Source: Candidatus Poribacteria bacterium (GTDB lineage: Bacteria; Poribacteria; WGA-4E; PCPOR2b). From it: 64,000 nucleotides of DNA. The position numbers and the translations under genes are program-made. The notes under the pieces were generated by a model that searched no databases, was not told where the DNA came from, and was given only the letters and a program-made list of their open reading frames with translations. The stretch lies in NCBI GenBank assembly GCA_965215015.1, contig OZ244042.1, positions 4,992,001-5,056,000 on the forward strand. The letters are read 5' to 3'. Positions 10,389 to 19,362 of this stretch are shown one piece after another; position 1 is the stretch's first letter; each line of letters starts with the position of its first letter.

Positions 10389-10667
10389 ATGGAGTTTTCA
10401 ATTGCCGAGCTTGTGGCTATTGGTGCACTCATTCTAAATGTCATTGTGTATTTCTCTCGCGTTCCGACTCGAAAGGATTTGAATGATTTGCGTATCGAGT
10501 TACGCAATGAAATCGGGGATGTACGCAATGAAATACGCAGCGAAATAACAGAATTACGCAATGAAATGAACGTGAGGTTTAGCAAACTTGATGAAGGTTT
10601 TACTAATCATCTCATGTTTATGCACGGTGACTCTCGTCAACCTCCTACTCAGGGTGAAGATAAATAG
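10389..10667 (+). CDS. Small protein, N-terminal TM helix + coiled coil, copy 1
   Basis: AAGGAAGG RBS and promoter; hydrophobic N-terminus, then (L/V)RNE(I/M) repeats reminiscent of DUF1640/Bdr-like proteins. Confidence 0.8.
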   Translation: MEFSIAELVAIGALILNVIVYFSRVPTRKDLNDLRIELRNEIGDVRNEIRSEITELRNEMNVRFSKLDEGFTNHLMFMHGDSRQPPTQGEDK

Positions 10668-11004
10668 TTAGTTGTAGCACTTTTAACATGGAGACGCCGA
10701 TTTCGCTGATCCCCTTTTAACGCCAAGTCGCAATGAGTTTAAAATTCTTTTCTTTGCGGCCCTGCCTCCTACTTGACGATAACCATTCTACGGGTTTCAG
10801 TATAATGGTCGGCGTTCAATGTATAAAAGTAAACCCCACTGCTGACCCGCTCTCCGCTTTCGTTACGACCGTCCCAATAGACCGCTTGCTCGCGGGTAAG
10901 GTTGAAAACTAAACGCCCCTAATTGGTTTGGACATTTAGTTGACCTTCTTTTCAAATTGTGCTATCATAGAAGCGAATCCCATAACTGAAAAGGAAAGTT
11001 TATC

Positions 11005-11283
11005 ATGGAGTTTTCAATTGCCGAGATTGTGGCTATTGGCGCGCTCATTCTAAATGTCATTGTGTATTTCTCTCGTGTTCCGACTCGAAAGGATTTGAAT
11101 GATTTGCGTATCGAGTTACGCAATGAAATCGGGGATGTACGCAATGAAATACGCAGCGAAATAACAGAATTACGCAATGAAATGAACGTGAGGTTTAGCA
11201 AACTTGATGAAAGTTTTACTAATCATCTCATGTTTATGCACGGTGACTCTCGTCAACCTCCTACTCAGGGTGAAGATAAATAG
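11005..11283 (+). CDS. Small TM + coiled-coil protein, copy 2
   Basis: Two amino-acid differences from copy 1; frame intact. Confidence 0.8.
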   Translation: MEFSIAEIVAIGALILNVIVYFSRVPTRKDLNDLRIELRNEIGDVRNEIRSEITELRNEMNVRFSKLDESFTNHLMFMHGDSRQPPTQGEDK

Positions 11284-11620
11284 TTAGTTGTAGCATTTTT
11301 AACATGGAGACGCCGATTTCGCTGATCCCCTTTTAACGCCAAGTCGCAATGAGTTTAAAATTCTTTTCTTTGCGGCCCTGCCTCCTACTTGACGATAACC
11401 ATTCTACGGGTTTCGGTATAATGGTCGGCGTTCAATGTATAAAAGTAAACCCCACTGCTGACCCGCTCTCCGCTTTCGTTACGACCGTCCCAATAGACCG
11501 CTTGCTCGCGGGTAAGGTTGAAAACTAAACGCCCCTAATTGGTTTGGACATTTAGTTGACCTTCTTTTCAAATTGTGCTATCATAGAAGCGAATCTCATA
11601 ACTGAAAAGGAAAGTTTATC

Positions 11621-11920
11621 ATGGAGTTTTCAATTGCCGAGATTGTGGCTATTGGCGCGCTCATTCTAAATGTCATTGTGTATTTCTCTCGCGTTCCGAC
11701 TCGAAAGGATTTGAATGATTTGCGTATCGAGTTACGCAATGAAATCGGGGACGTACGCAATGAGATTGGGGACGTACGCAATGAAATACGCAACGAAATA
11801 ACAGAATTACGCAATGAAATGAACGTGAGGTTTAGCAAACTTGATGAAAGTTTTACTAATCATCTCATATTTATGCACGGTGACTCTCGTCAACCTCCTA
11901 CTCAGGGTGAAGATAAATAG
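11621..11920 (+). CDS. Small TM + coiled-coil protein, copy 3 (one extra heptad)
   Basis: In-frame 21-bp duplication (GDVRNEI). Confidence 0.8.
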   Translation: MEFSIAEIVAIGALILNVIVYFSRVPTRKDLNDLRIELRNEIGDVRNEIGDVRNEIRNEITELRNEMNVRFSKLDESFTNHLIFMHGDSRQPPTQGEDK

Positions 11921-12021
11921 TTAGTTGTAGCACTTTTAACATGGAGACGCCGATTTCGCTGATCCCCTTTTAACGCCAAGTCGCAATGAGTTTAAAATTC
12001 TTTTCTTTGCGGCCCTGCCTC

Positions 12022-15000
12022 CTACTTGACGATAACCATTCTACGGGTTTCGGTATAATGGTCGGCGTTCAATGTATAAAAGTAAACCCCACTGCTGACC
12101 CGCTCTCCGCTTTCGTTACGACCGTCCCAATAGACCGCTTGCTCGCGGGTAAGGTAGTATCCCATCGGTTTTAATCCTACATCAATGGTTCTTACCAAGT
12201 GGCCGCTCACATCGTAGATTTTTACAGTTACCGTTGCCCGTCCCGATAGTTGATAAGGTATCCATGTCTCCGGGTTGAAAGGGTTGGGGTGGTTGCGGAG
12301 GAGTTTGGTCTCCTGGACGCTTTGGTTCGCGATTAACAGGTAGTGGCGGAGAAGTTGGATGGCGCCCTCCAAATGTGACGTCTTGTTTGGCTCTGCTTCT
12401 AACTCGCCCAAGGCGCGTTGTATCGCAATGATTTCCTTGGGAGTGGACGGGATGGATTTGATGATATCTATCTGAGCAGGTGCGGCAGCGACATTTTCCC
12501 CGAGACGTTCTGCAACGAATACAAGGTCTAGGATATTCACTTGCCCATCTCCGTTGACATCCGTCCTTGAGTTAGATGGCAGCTTTTCTCCAAAGCTTTG
12601 TGCCACAAGAATCATATCAAGGATGTTGACAACTCCGTCCTGATTGACATCTCCATTGGGTTCAGGTTCTGCTACGGTAATCAGCAGATCCGCCCAGTGT
12701 GCCCAGTCACAACCTGCGCTTCCATTGGGATCGGTGACCAATTCCAACAGAACGGTTTGACTCGCAAACTCAGAGAGGGGCAGGACCATGTCTACCCAGT
12801 CAGCGACCTCAATGAGGTGTTCAAACCGTTTTTGTCCGTTGAGAAGAACTTGAAAAAGAACGCCATTGCTACAAGGATTATCCTTTAGTACCATTGAGAA
12901 GGAGAAAACTAGCCCTTGAGATTGAGGAAGGTGAAGTGGAAACTGAAGAATAGTCTGCCCATTTGTAGGGGGAGGTGCATAGATGCTCGGCTTGCGTTCT
13001 CCGTTGGGGTTTTCAACGGTTGTGCGTTTACCTGAGTCCCATACATTTCCCATTTGAAAGATACCATCAAACTGAAGTCCGGCGATGAATTGTGTTTCTC
13101 CGAGATCATAAGGGGGCACGACTTGTTGACCGGGTGCGAGGAAAAAGAGGGGTTGTGCGGGGAGCACGATATCGAGACGGTAGTGTCCGCCACCGATATG
13201 GCGGAGTGTATCGGGGAGGCTCGCTGTGGGTTCAATCGGAAAGAAAAAGCCGACCTTTGTGAGTGAGTTATCAGGTTTGGAGATGATTTTGGGTTCGCCC
13301 CACACCGCCCAATCCCAACTGGTATTACCATACAATCCTGGGGTGGTAGTAAAACGGAGTTTGACAAGTTTGCCCCGATAAGGGGACAGATTAAGGGTTA
13401 CAGGCTGCCATTTTTGTTGGTTGTAGTGTTGATGAAAAATTTCATCGCCTTGGACGGAAATAACGAAGGTAACACCATCGGATTTTTCGGAACCTTCCCA
13501 CAAACCGATATAGAATTGCAGACGAATATCAGGGCTATCTGGCAGCAGAAGTGTAAATTCTCCAAATGTGTCGCCGCCATCACCTTGAAAAGGGGGATGG
13601 GCGTTGATTTCCTTCTTGGTGATGCCTGCGAGAGTGCTCTCAGATTTTCTGAAGGTTGCGCCTTTTCCTAGAGGCAATTCCGTTCCATTGACAACGATTC
13701 CGGTTCTTGCCAAATGGAGTTGTGATAATAGATTAATTTCGAGTGAGACATTGGTCTTTTCCAGTCGAAAGAGGGCAGCGTTTTCGGTGATCCGGGTTTC
13801 GGTTACAGAGACACCCGGGGGCAGGGCGTTGATATGCAGTTGAGATAGATCGCGGGGTATGTTGTCAAGGAGATAGGATTTGCCCGGGTCTAAACCAAGG
13901 AGAAGTGTCTCGTTATAGGCACGCCAGTGGGGGAGGGTTCGATGTGTTTGCACCTCTGTAACGCCGTAGACCCGTTCATATCCATCGTCTTGGGGTAGGC
14001 TGAGGGTGGAGCCTGTAGGTGTGCGTTGGTAAGTTGCGATTTCGCCAGTTCGGGTTGTGTATTGGAAAAGGGTGTCGGCTCCCCAGTCGGATTCAAAGTC
14101 GGGCTTTAGACCGAGCTCCTGCCACGCGCGGGCTACGGAGAGTATCTGCTGGGTTAAATGTCCATTCAGTTCTTTTAACCCCCAGATGCGGACGGTGGGT
14201 AGAATGCCCCAACTCTCATAGGAGTTTAGGAAGCTTTGATAGAACAAGGGGTCGATTTCCAAAGAGGGGAGTCCGAGATAGCCATAGGGACGTGTGTAAG
14301 GGAGGAAGAGGAACGCGCTGATAGGATGGGGTGTTGTTTTTTCTAATGAGACTGGCCAACGTTGGGCGAAGCTCTCACGGAAGAAGGTGACTTCGTGGAG
14401 GTGTTCACCGCTGAACACAACACCGGGCATGGCTTCTGCCAGTTCTTTGTGGAGTAGGACGTTACCTTGGGCGGCGTTTAAGCCTTCAATTAACCCATTT
14501 GCGTCATTCACAATAAGGTGACTAATATCAAGATGAAAAGCATCAACTTTGTATTTCTCATAGTGCTCTTTAAGCCGTTCAACAAGGAGGTTTCTAAATT
14601 TAGAACTGGCGTTATTTATCCAAGCATGACGCTTGGGGTTGTCCATTTCATCCCATTTCCAGCCGATGAGATTTCCACTCCATGGATCTCGAAATTGCAA
14701 ATGTTGAAACTCAGGGTAGAGAGGATGATAGGTGGAGATGCCGACAAGGTTGACATGCGGCATGACTCGGAAACCGTGCTGATGGGCAGCTTTAACGAAC
14801 TCTCCGAAATTATCTCTTGGCGTATAATCAGGGTAATTGACATCATATCCATCTTTGCGCCAACCGACCAAATAAAGTAGGGTTTTGGGGGGATCTACCT
14901 GTTCTGCGAGTCGATCCAGTGTTTTTAGGTTAAAACTAGCTTGAATCGTTACTAAGCCGATGTCATCAACCCACGTAGGTGCCTCTGAGAGTCTCCATGG

Positions 15001-15813
15001 GTCGAAAGTCTTTTCCATCCAGTCGCGATAGATCTGGGCAGGGCCGCGATAGTCGCCGGCGTATGTGTTCAATCGCCATACTATCGACTTCGCGGTGGTA
15101 AGCGTGTCCCAAGGTGCTTGATTGTGGACTTCAAAATGGAGAGCGAGGCTCTCACTGTCTTTTTGGCAATTGAGCCTTTTGAACTGGAAGGTTTCATCTG
15201 TCCCGCGGATATAGAATCCCCCACGTTCTCCTTGGATAATGGCGAGTTGTGCTTCCCAGGGACCGGGGTATCGATAGTTCCTTGCGTCAAATGGGGATAA
15301 GGCATTGATGACTTGTCCACCGCGGGCAGGAAGAATGAGATCCAGATTTCGGATATCCAGACCACCACAACCCCACTGGATCCCGTAAACGCCAGCGGTA
15401 TCTGATATACCCTCTTGTTCAACGAGCAAATCCCCAGTGTTCGGGTCAACGGCGATGGAGAGGCGGATTTCGTTTCTGCCTTGACGGAATAGGATTTCGG
15501 CTTCGAGCGGAGTAATCTGTCGCGCCTCTGTCAGTATGGACTCACGTGTATAAACATTTCTGTTTTTCGTCCTGAGTATGCCGGTCTGTCCTCGCTTCCC
15601 TGTTGGTGTACCATCAATGCCGAGTGGTAGGGTATAGGTTTCGTTTGTCAGTTTGTTATAGAGTTGAGTGATGACGCCACGGTCGAATTGGACAGTGTAG
15701 GTATCGGTTTCGACCAAGACGGTCTCGCCATCAATAGTAATATCAGCAAAAGCCGTTTGAAAATAAAATATGTTCAAAATCCCATTTAACATTACTATGA
15801 TTAAAGTACGCAT
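12022..15813 (-). CDS. Large secreted putative glycoside hydrolase (DUF6259-like TIM barrel) with NPCBM-like modules, dockerin/EF-hand pair and FlgD/T9SS-like C-terminal domain
   Basis: Signal peptide; GWRKDGYDVNYPDY...HQHGFRVMPHVN...VDAFHLD; two SDGVTF/SNGVLF...DWA.W modules; DVNQDGVVNILD and DVNGDGQVNILD; NHPNPFNPETWIPYQL...YWDGRNESGERVSSGVYFYTL. Confidence 0.8.
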   Translation of the reverse strand: MRTLIIVMLNGILNIFYFQTAFADITIDGETVLVETDTYTVQFDRGVITQLYNKLTNETYTLPLGIDGTPTGKRGQTGILRTKNRNVYTRESILTEARQITPLEAEILFRQGRNEIRLSIAVDPNTGDLLVEQEGISDTAGVYGIQWGCGGLDIRNLDLILPARGGQVINALSPFDARNYRYPGPWEAQLAIIQGERGGFYIRGTDETFQFKRLNCQKDSESLALHFEVHNQAPWDTLTTAKSIVWRLNTYAGDYRGPAQIYRDWMEKTFDPWRLSEAPTWVDDIGLVTIQASFNLKTLDRLAEQVDPPKTLLYLVGWRKDGYDVNYPDYTPRDNFGEFVKAAHQHGFRVMPHVNLVGISTYHPLYPEFQHLQFRDPWSGNLIGWKWDEMDNPKRHAWINNASSKFRNLLVERLKEHYEKYKVDAFHLDISHLIVNDANGLIEGLNAAQGNVLLHKELAEAMPGVVFSGEHLHEVTFFRESFAQRWPVSLEKTTPHPISAFLFLPYTRPYGYLGLPSLEIDPLFYQSFLNSYESWGILPTVRIWGLKELNGHLTQQILSVARAWQELGLKPDFESDWGADTLFQYTTRTGEIATYQRTPTGSTLSLPQDDGYERVYGVTEVQTHRTLPHWRAYNETLLLGLDPGKSYLLDNIPRDLSQLHINALPPGVSVTETRITENAALFRLEKTNVSLEINLLSQLHLARTGIVVNGTELPLGKGATFRKSESTLAGITKKEINAHPPFQGDGGDTFGEFTLLLPDSPDIRLQFYIGLWEGSEKSDGVTFVISVQGDEIFHQHYNQQKWQPVTLNLSPYRGKLVKLRFTTTPGLYGNTSWDWAVWGEPKIISKPDNSLTKVGFFFPIEPTASLPDTLRHIGGGHYRLDIVLPAQPLFFLAPGQQVVPPYDLGETQFIAGLQFDGIFQMGNVWDSGKRTTVENPNGERKPSIYAPPPTNGQTILQFPLHLPQSQGLVFSFSMVLKDNPCSNGVLFQVLLNGQKRFEHLIEVADWVDMVLPLSEFASQTVLLELVTDPNGSAGCDWAHWADLLITVAEPEPNGDVNQDGVVNILDMILVAQSFGEKLPSNSRTDVNGDGQVNILDLVFVAERLGENVAAAPAQIDIIKSIPSTPKEIIAIQRALGELEAEPNKTSHLEGAIQLLRHYLLIANQSVQETKLLRNHPNPFNPETWIPYQLSGRATVTVKIYDVSGHLVRTIDVGLKPMGYYLTREQAVYWDGRNESGERVSSGVYFYTLNADHYTETRRMVIVK

Positions 15814-15830
15814 TGCGCTTACCTTATTAG

Positions 15831-16085
15831 TTAGGAGTTACGCAGTTGAACGCTCAAAGGGCCGATGTTGTTGCGTTGGAACAACGCTTACAACATCGGG
15901 GATTCATCACCACACAATATGACTCACGCCGCCCGACAAATCGGGCAACTACAATTAATCCTACAGTAGTAGGCACGCTCTGCGTGGCATCATTGGCACA
16001 ACGGTTACGGCATACGCCGTATGCCGGCTACCTTAAAGACGCGGGTTGAATTGCGCGCCTACCAACTCAAGTGCGTAACTCCTAA
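15831..16085. mobile_element. MITE with 19-bp terminal inverted repeats
   Basis: ttaggagttacgcagttga ... tcaagtgcgtaactcctaa (1 mismatch), ttag on both flanks, internal palindromes, no ORF; related termini at ~49080 and ~56249. Confidence 0.75.
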
Positions 16086-16321
16086 TTAGTCGCAGGTTGC
16101 TAGCTGGTAAGCCAAGGGTCAGAAATCGACACGAGAGTCGGGAATTGGAATGCCCCTCTGTTCTGAGAGCTTTCAACCTATACAAAACAGGTAGTAGAGC
16201 ACGTCCCCTCTGAATCGCGACCCTGACCATTTACACATATCGTAGAGAACACCGATTGTTGTTCTCTACTAAACGAGGGCACCTCGATTGACCAACCATT
16301 TAATAAAGCAGCTTACTTCCA

Positions 16322-17551
16322 TCACGTCGATCCAGCCAGTCCATGTGCCACCTTGTTGATTGCCGTGGCGATGTCCCGAATGTCGTCCAGGCTCATGTGC
16401 TCGTGGATGCCACGGACGACTACTGTTCTCAAGCCTTCAACTGCGCCGGGCACCAGTTCGGGACCGTAATGGTATTCACGGCTGACATACGGACTGTTAA
16501 ACGGGAACTGGCTATCGCCGTAGGTGCGTCCTTTCGTCAGAAAGTCGCCCCGCATATAGATTGGATCCTTGATGTAATGGGCACCCATCGAGACGCCTTC
16601 GGCAGAGATTGCCTTACAAAATTCGTCGGGATCGTGCCCAGTAACGTGAAAGATATAGTTCCACCAAGAGACCTCGCGGTCAGATGGCAGCGGGACAGCC
16701 ACGATGCCGGGGGCGTCGGCAATCAGTTCGGTGAGTAACCTTCCGAGCGCGATGCGTCGCTCGACGACATCCCCCAGTTTCTCAAGTTGCGCCAAACCAA
16801 CAGCACCCTGCATCTCTGTCATACGGTAGTTGGGGGCGAGGAAGGCGTGGTCACGGTCGCCCATGTATTGATAGTCCCAACCTTTGTCCGAAAAGAGTTT
16901 CAAACGGATATAGGTTTCCTGATTGTTGGTCAGAATCATCCCACCGTCGCCCGTAGTCATGTGCTTCGATTGCTGAAAGCTAAAACACCCCATGTGCCCA
17001 AATGTCCCGGCGTAACGTCCCTTGTACTTCGTTGCGTGGGTTTGGCAGCAGTCCTCAATTAGGATGACGTCATGCTTTTTAGCAATTTTCACGACTTCAT
17101 CAATATCGCACGGATGACCAAAAAGATGTACCAGAATAATGGCGCGGGTGCGGTCGGTAATGTTTGCCTCAATGGATTCAGGGGTCATGTTCAGGGTCTT
17201 GGGATCTACATCGGCAAAAACTGGCACGGCATTCTGCATTAAGATTGGCATAACACTGCCGGGGTCAGTGATCGGCGCGGTGATAATTTCATCGCCGGGG
17301 TTGGGATTGACGACACCCACCGCTGTATGGATGGCAGCGGTCCCGCTCGTTGATGCCTGTGCATGTTGTGTGCCGTAAAACGCGGCAAATTCCTTTTCTA
17401 ACTCTTTGACGAACGTCCCGCTTTTGACAAAAAGGGTCTGACTACGCACAGCCTGAAGCAGAAATTGCTCTTCACGTTCTCCGAACGGAGCGCGCTCCGG
17501 GAAGGGGGTGGTTCGTAACTTAGGCCCACCGCGGATGGCGAGTTTTTCCAT
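16322..17551 (-). CDS. DegT/DnrJ/EryC1/StrS family PLP aminotransferase
   Basis: SGTAAIH, IEDCCQ, FSFQQSKHMTTGDGG (PLP Lys), NYRMTEMQGAVG; start set at MEKLAIRGG after AAGGAGG. Confidence 0.9.
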   Translation of the reverse strand: MEKLAIRGGPKLRTTPFPERAPFGEREEQFLLQAVRSQTLFVKSGTFVKELEKEFAAFYGTQHAQASTSGTAAIHTAVGVVNPNPGDEIITAPITDPGSVMPILMQNAVPVFADVDPKTLNMTPESIEANITDRTRAIILVHLFGHPCDIDEVVKIAKKHDVILIEDCCQTHATKYKGRYAGTFGHMGCFSFQQSKHMTTGDGGMILTNNQETYIRLKLFSDKGWDYQYMGDRDHAFLAPNYRMTEMQGAVGLAQLEKLGDVVERRIALGRLLTELIADAPGIVAVPLPSDREVSWWNYIFHVTGHDPDEFCKAISAEGVSMGAHYIKDPIYMRGDFLTKGRTYGDSQFPFNSPYVSREYHYGPELVPGAVEGLRTVVVRGIHEHMSLDDIRDIATAINKVAHGLAGST

Positions 17552-17582
17552 TTGTGCCTCCTTACCGATATCGAGGTTTGAC

Positions 17583-19352
17583 CTATCTGTTGTTATGCCG
17601 ATGATTTCTTTCGCTTCTATGCTCCTCAAATCGCTCTAACATCTCCATCGCTTCATGCCCTTCTTCCGAATTGGGATATTCCTCTACGAGCCCCCGCAAA
17701 AGTTTCAATGCGATGCTCGGATTGCGCCCTTGCTCTAACTGATAGTACGCGACATGTAACTTTGCTGACAGGGCTTCCCGGCCGCCGGGGGCAATGATTA
17801 AAATCTGGTTCACCTGATTAAGCATCTTATCAAACTCGCCTTTGATACCGTAGCACTCCGCAAGGTGCTCACGCGCCTGGAGTTCAATCAGCAGATCGTC
17901 ATAATCTTCGATGAGCCGTGTATTAACTTTGATTGCCTCATCCCAATTATCCTGCCATTTGACGATGACAGCTAAACCGCGTAAAGGATCCAATGCGGCG
18001 GCGGGACTGGTCGCTCTATCCACGGCTTGACGGAGTATTCTCGCAAGTTCGGGGAGTTTACCTCTCTCTTCCAATTCGGGGAGGAGGGCTTCTTCGGGCA
18101 GGGCTTCGATCAAACGGTGGATGACTTGCAGACGCAGATGCGGATTGGGGTGAACGAGGAGGGACCTAAAGAGATCAACTGCTCTTTCGTGTTGGTTAGT
18201 TCTCCAATAAATTTCGAGGAGTTGCAGCACGGCTTTCTGAGCGTGCTCGGTTTGCGGATAGGATTCTACCAGCTCTTTGAGTATTGATTCTGCGCGCTCG
18301 TAGTTGGAACGCTCGATATGGGCTTCGGCGAGATTGATTAATACCTCTGCATCAAATCTATCCGGCAGTCCCTCGACAGAGAGTTTAGTCAATAGCGCAA
18401 CCGCTTGATCCGATTTTCCCAACTGCTGGTAAAGTTGGGCCACCCGACGGAGTGCCCACCGGGCTTGATCGGTTCCACGAAACTCACTGGCGATGAGAAA
18501 CGCTTTGACAGCAGCCTGCAAGTCGTCCTTTTCTTGGTGCATATCGCCTAGCATTGACCAAACATGGACCATGTTCCAGTGTGCAGGATAGGTTTCAATC
18601 GCTTCATTACACGCCTCGATTGCGTGATCGAATTTTCCCATTTCCCGATAGGTTGCAGCAAGTTGAACGGAGGCTTCAACACGGTATGGCTGGGTCTTCC
18701 GTATTTTCTGAAATAATTCGATTGCCTGTTGAGGCTCCCCACGCTCATCACGATACTGTTCGCCTAAACGGAGCGACACCCAGAACGTTTTCTCCTGAAA
18801 GGGATACCGCTGGAGCATCTGATCGATTCGGCGTCGGGCCTCTTCAAGCCGACGCCGCTCTAGGTACGACACCGTGATACTCTCCATCGCCTCAAGAACG
18901 AAGTCATCTCCGATGAATCTTGCTTCAATCTTATCTACTAGTTTGTCGGCGTTATCAAGATTGCCTGTCTCAATCGCGTTATGAAGTTCCCACATCAGGA
19001 CCTTTGCCTGCTCTTCGGGAGAGGACATTTCGGCTTCAGCCAAAATCGCCTGTGCTTTTTCAGGATGCCCGAGTGCGGTATAGCATTCACTCAGTTTTAA
19101 GCGTGCCCAAGTTGACTCCCAACGCCGTGGGTCATAGGCAATTAGGCGTTCACACTCTTCGATGACAATCTGGTACTGTTTCTGGTGGAAAAGTTTTTCT
19201 ATCTCTTCGATGGGTTTGGCAACGAAGTCCTCCTCTTCTTTAGCGGATGCGGGGCCGCCTGCTGCGTCAGGGGGTAAGGAAATCGTTTCGGCGAATCCCC
19301 ATTGACACATTGTCAACACAATTAGGAGAAAAATCGTGAGAATCTGCATCAT
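17583..19352 (-). CDS. Exported tetratricopeptide repeat protein
   Basis: Signal peptide; many A...LA..Y...G....A......YP repeats. Confidence 0.85.
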   Translation of the reverse strand: MMQILTIFLLIVLTMCQWGFAETISLPPDAAGGPASAKEEEDFVAKPIEEIEKLFHQKQYQIVIEECERLIAYDPRRWESTWARLKLSECYTALGHPEKAQAILAEAEMSSPEEQAKVLMWELHNAIETGNLDNADKLVDKIEARFIGDDFVLEAMESITVSYLERRRLEEARRRIDQMLQRYPFQEKTFWVSLRLGEQYRDERGEPQQAIELFQKIRKTQPYRVEASVQLAATYREMGKFDHAIEACNEAIETYPAHWNMVHVWSMLGDMHQEKDDLQAAVKAFLIASEFRGTDQARWALRRVAQLYQQLGKSDQAVALLTKLSVEGLPDRFDAEVLINLAEAHIERSNYERAESILKELVESYPQTEHAQKAVLQLLEIYWRTNQHERAVDLFRSLLVHPNPHLRLQVIHRLIEALPEEALLPELEERGKLPELARILRQAVDRATSPAAALDPLRGLAVIVKWQDNWDEAIKVNTRLIEDYDDLLIELQAREHLAECYGIKGEFDKMLNQVNQILIIAPGGREALSAKLHVAYYQLEQGRNPSIALKLLRGLVEEYPNSEEGHEAMEMLERFEEHRSERNHRHNNR

Positions 19353-19362
19353 CTAGACCTCC

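Larger units (their letters stand above)
10286..12154. repeat. Tandem triplication, units of 616, 616 and 637 bp
   Basis: ttgaaaactaaa recurs at 10286, 10902 and 11518; ORF starts at 10389, 11005 and 11621; unit 3 has an extra 21-bp internal repeat. Confidence 0.97.

Noticed and set aside
10346-11838. Antisense ORFs (MLNLTFISLRNS...) as type I toxin-antitoxin partners
   Set aside because: They mirror the coiled-coil codons; promoter and RBS support only the plus strand
10286-12154. Diversity-generating retroelement (duplicated 3' gene end as template/variable repeat)
   Set aside because: No reverse transcriptase in the window; the copies differ from the gene end by one synonymous change, not adenine-specific substitutions
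12022-12330. Evidence for a canonical type IX secretion system
   Set aside because: Only a CTD-like domain is present; no gld/por/spr core genes are recognisable in the window
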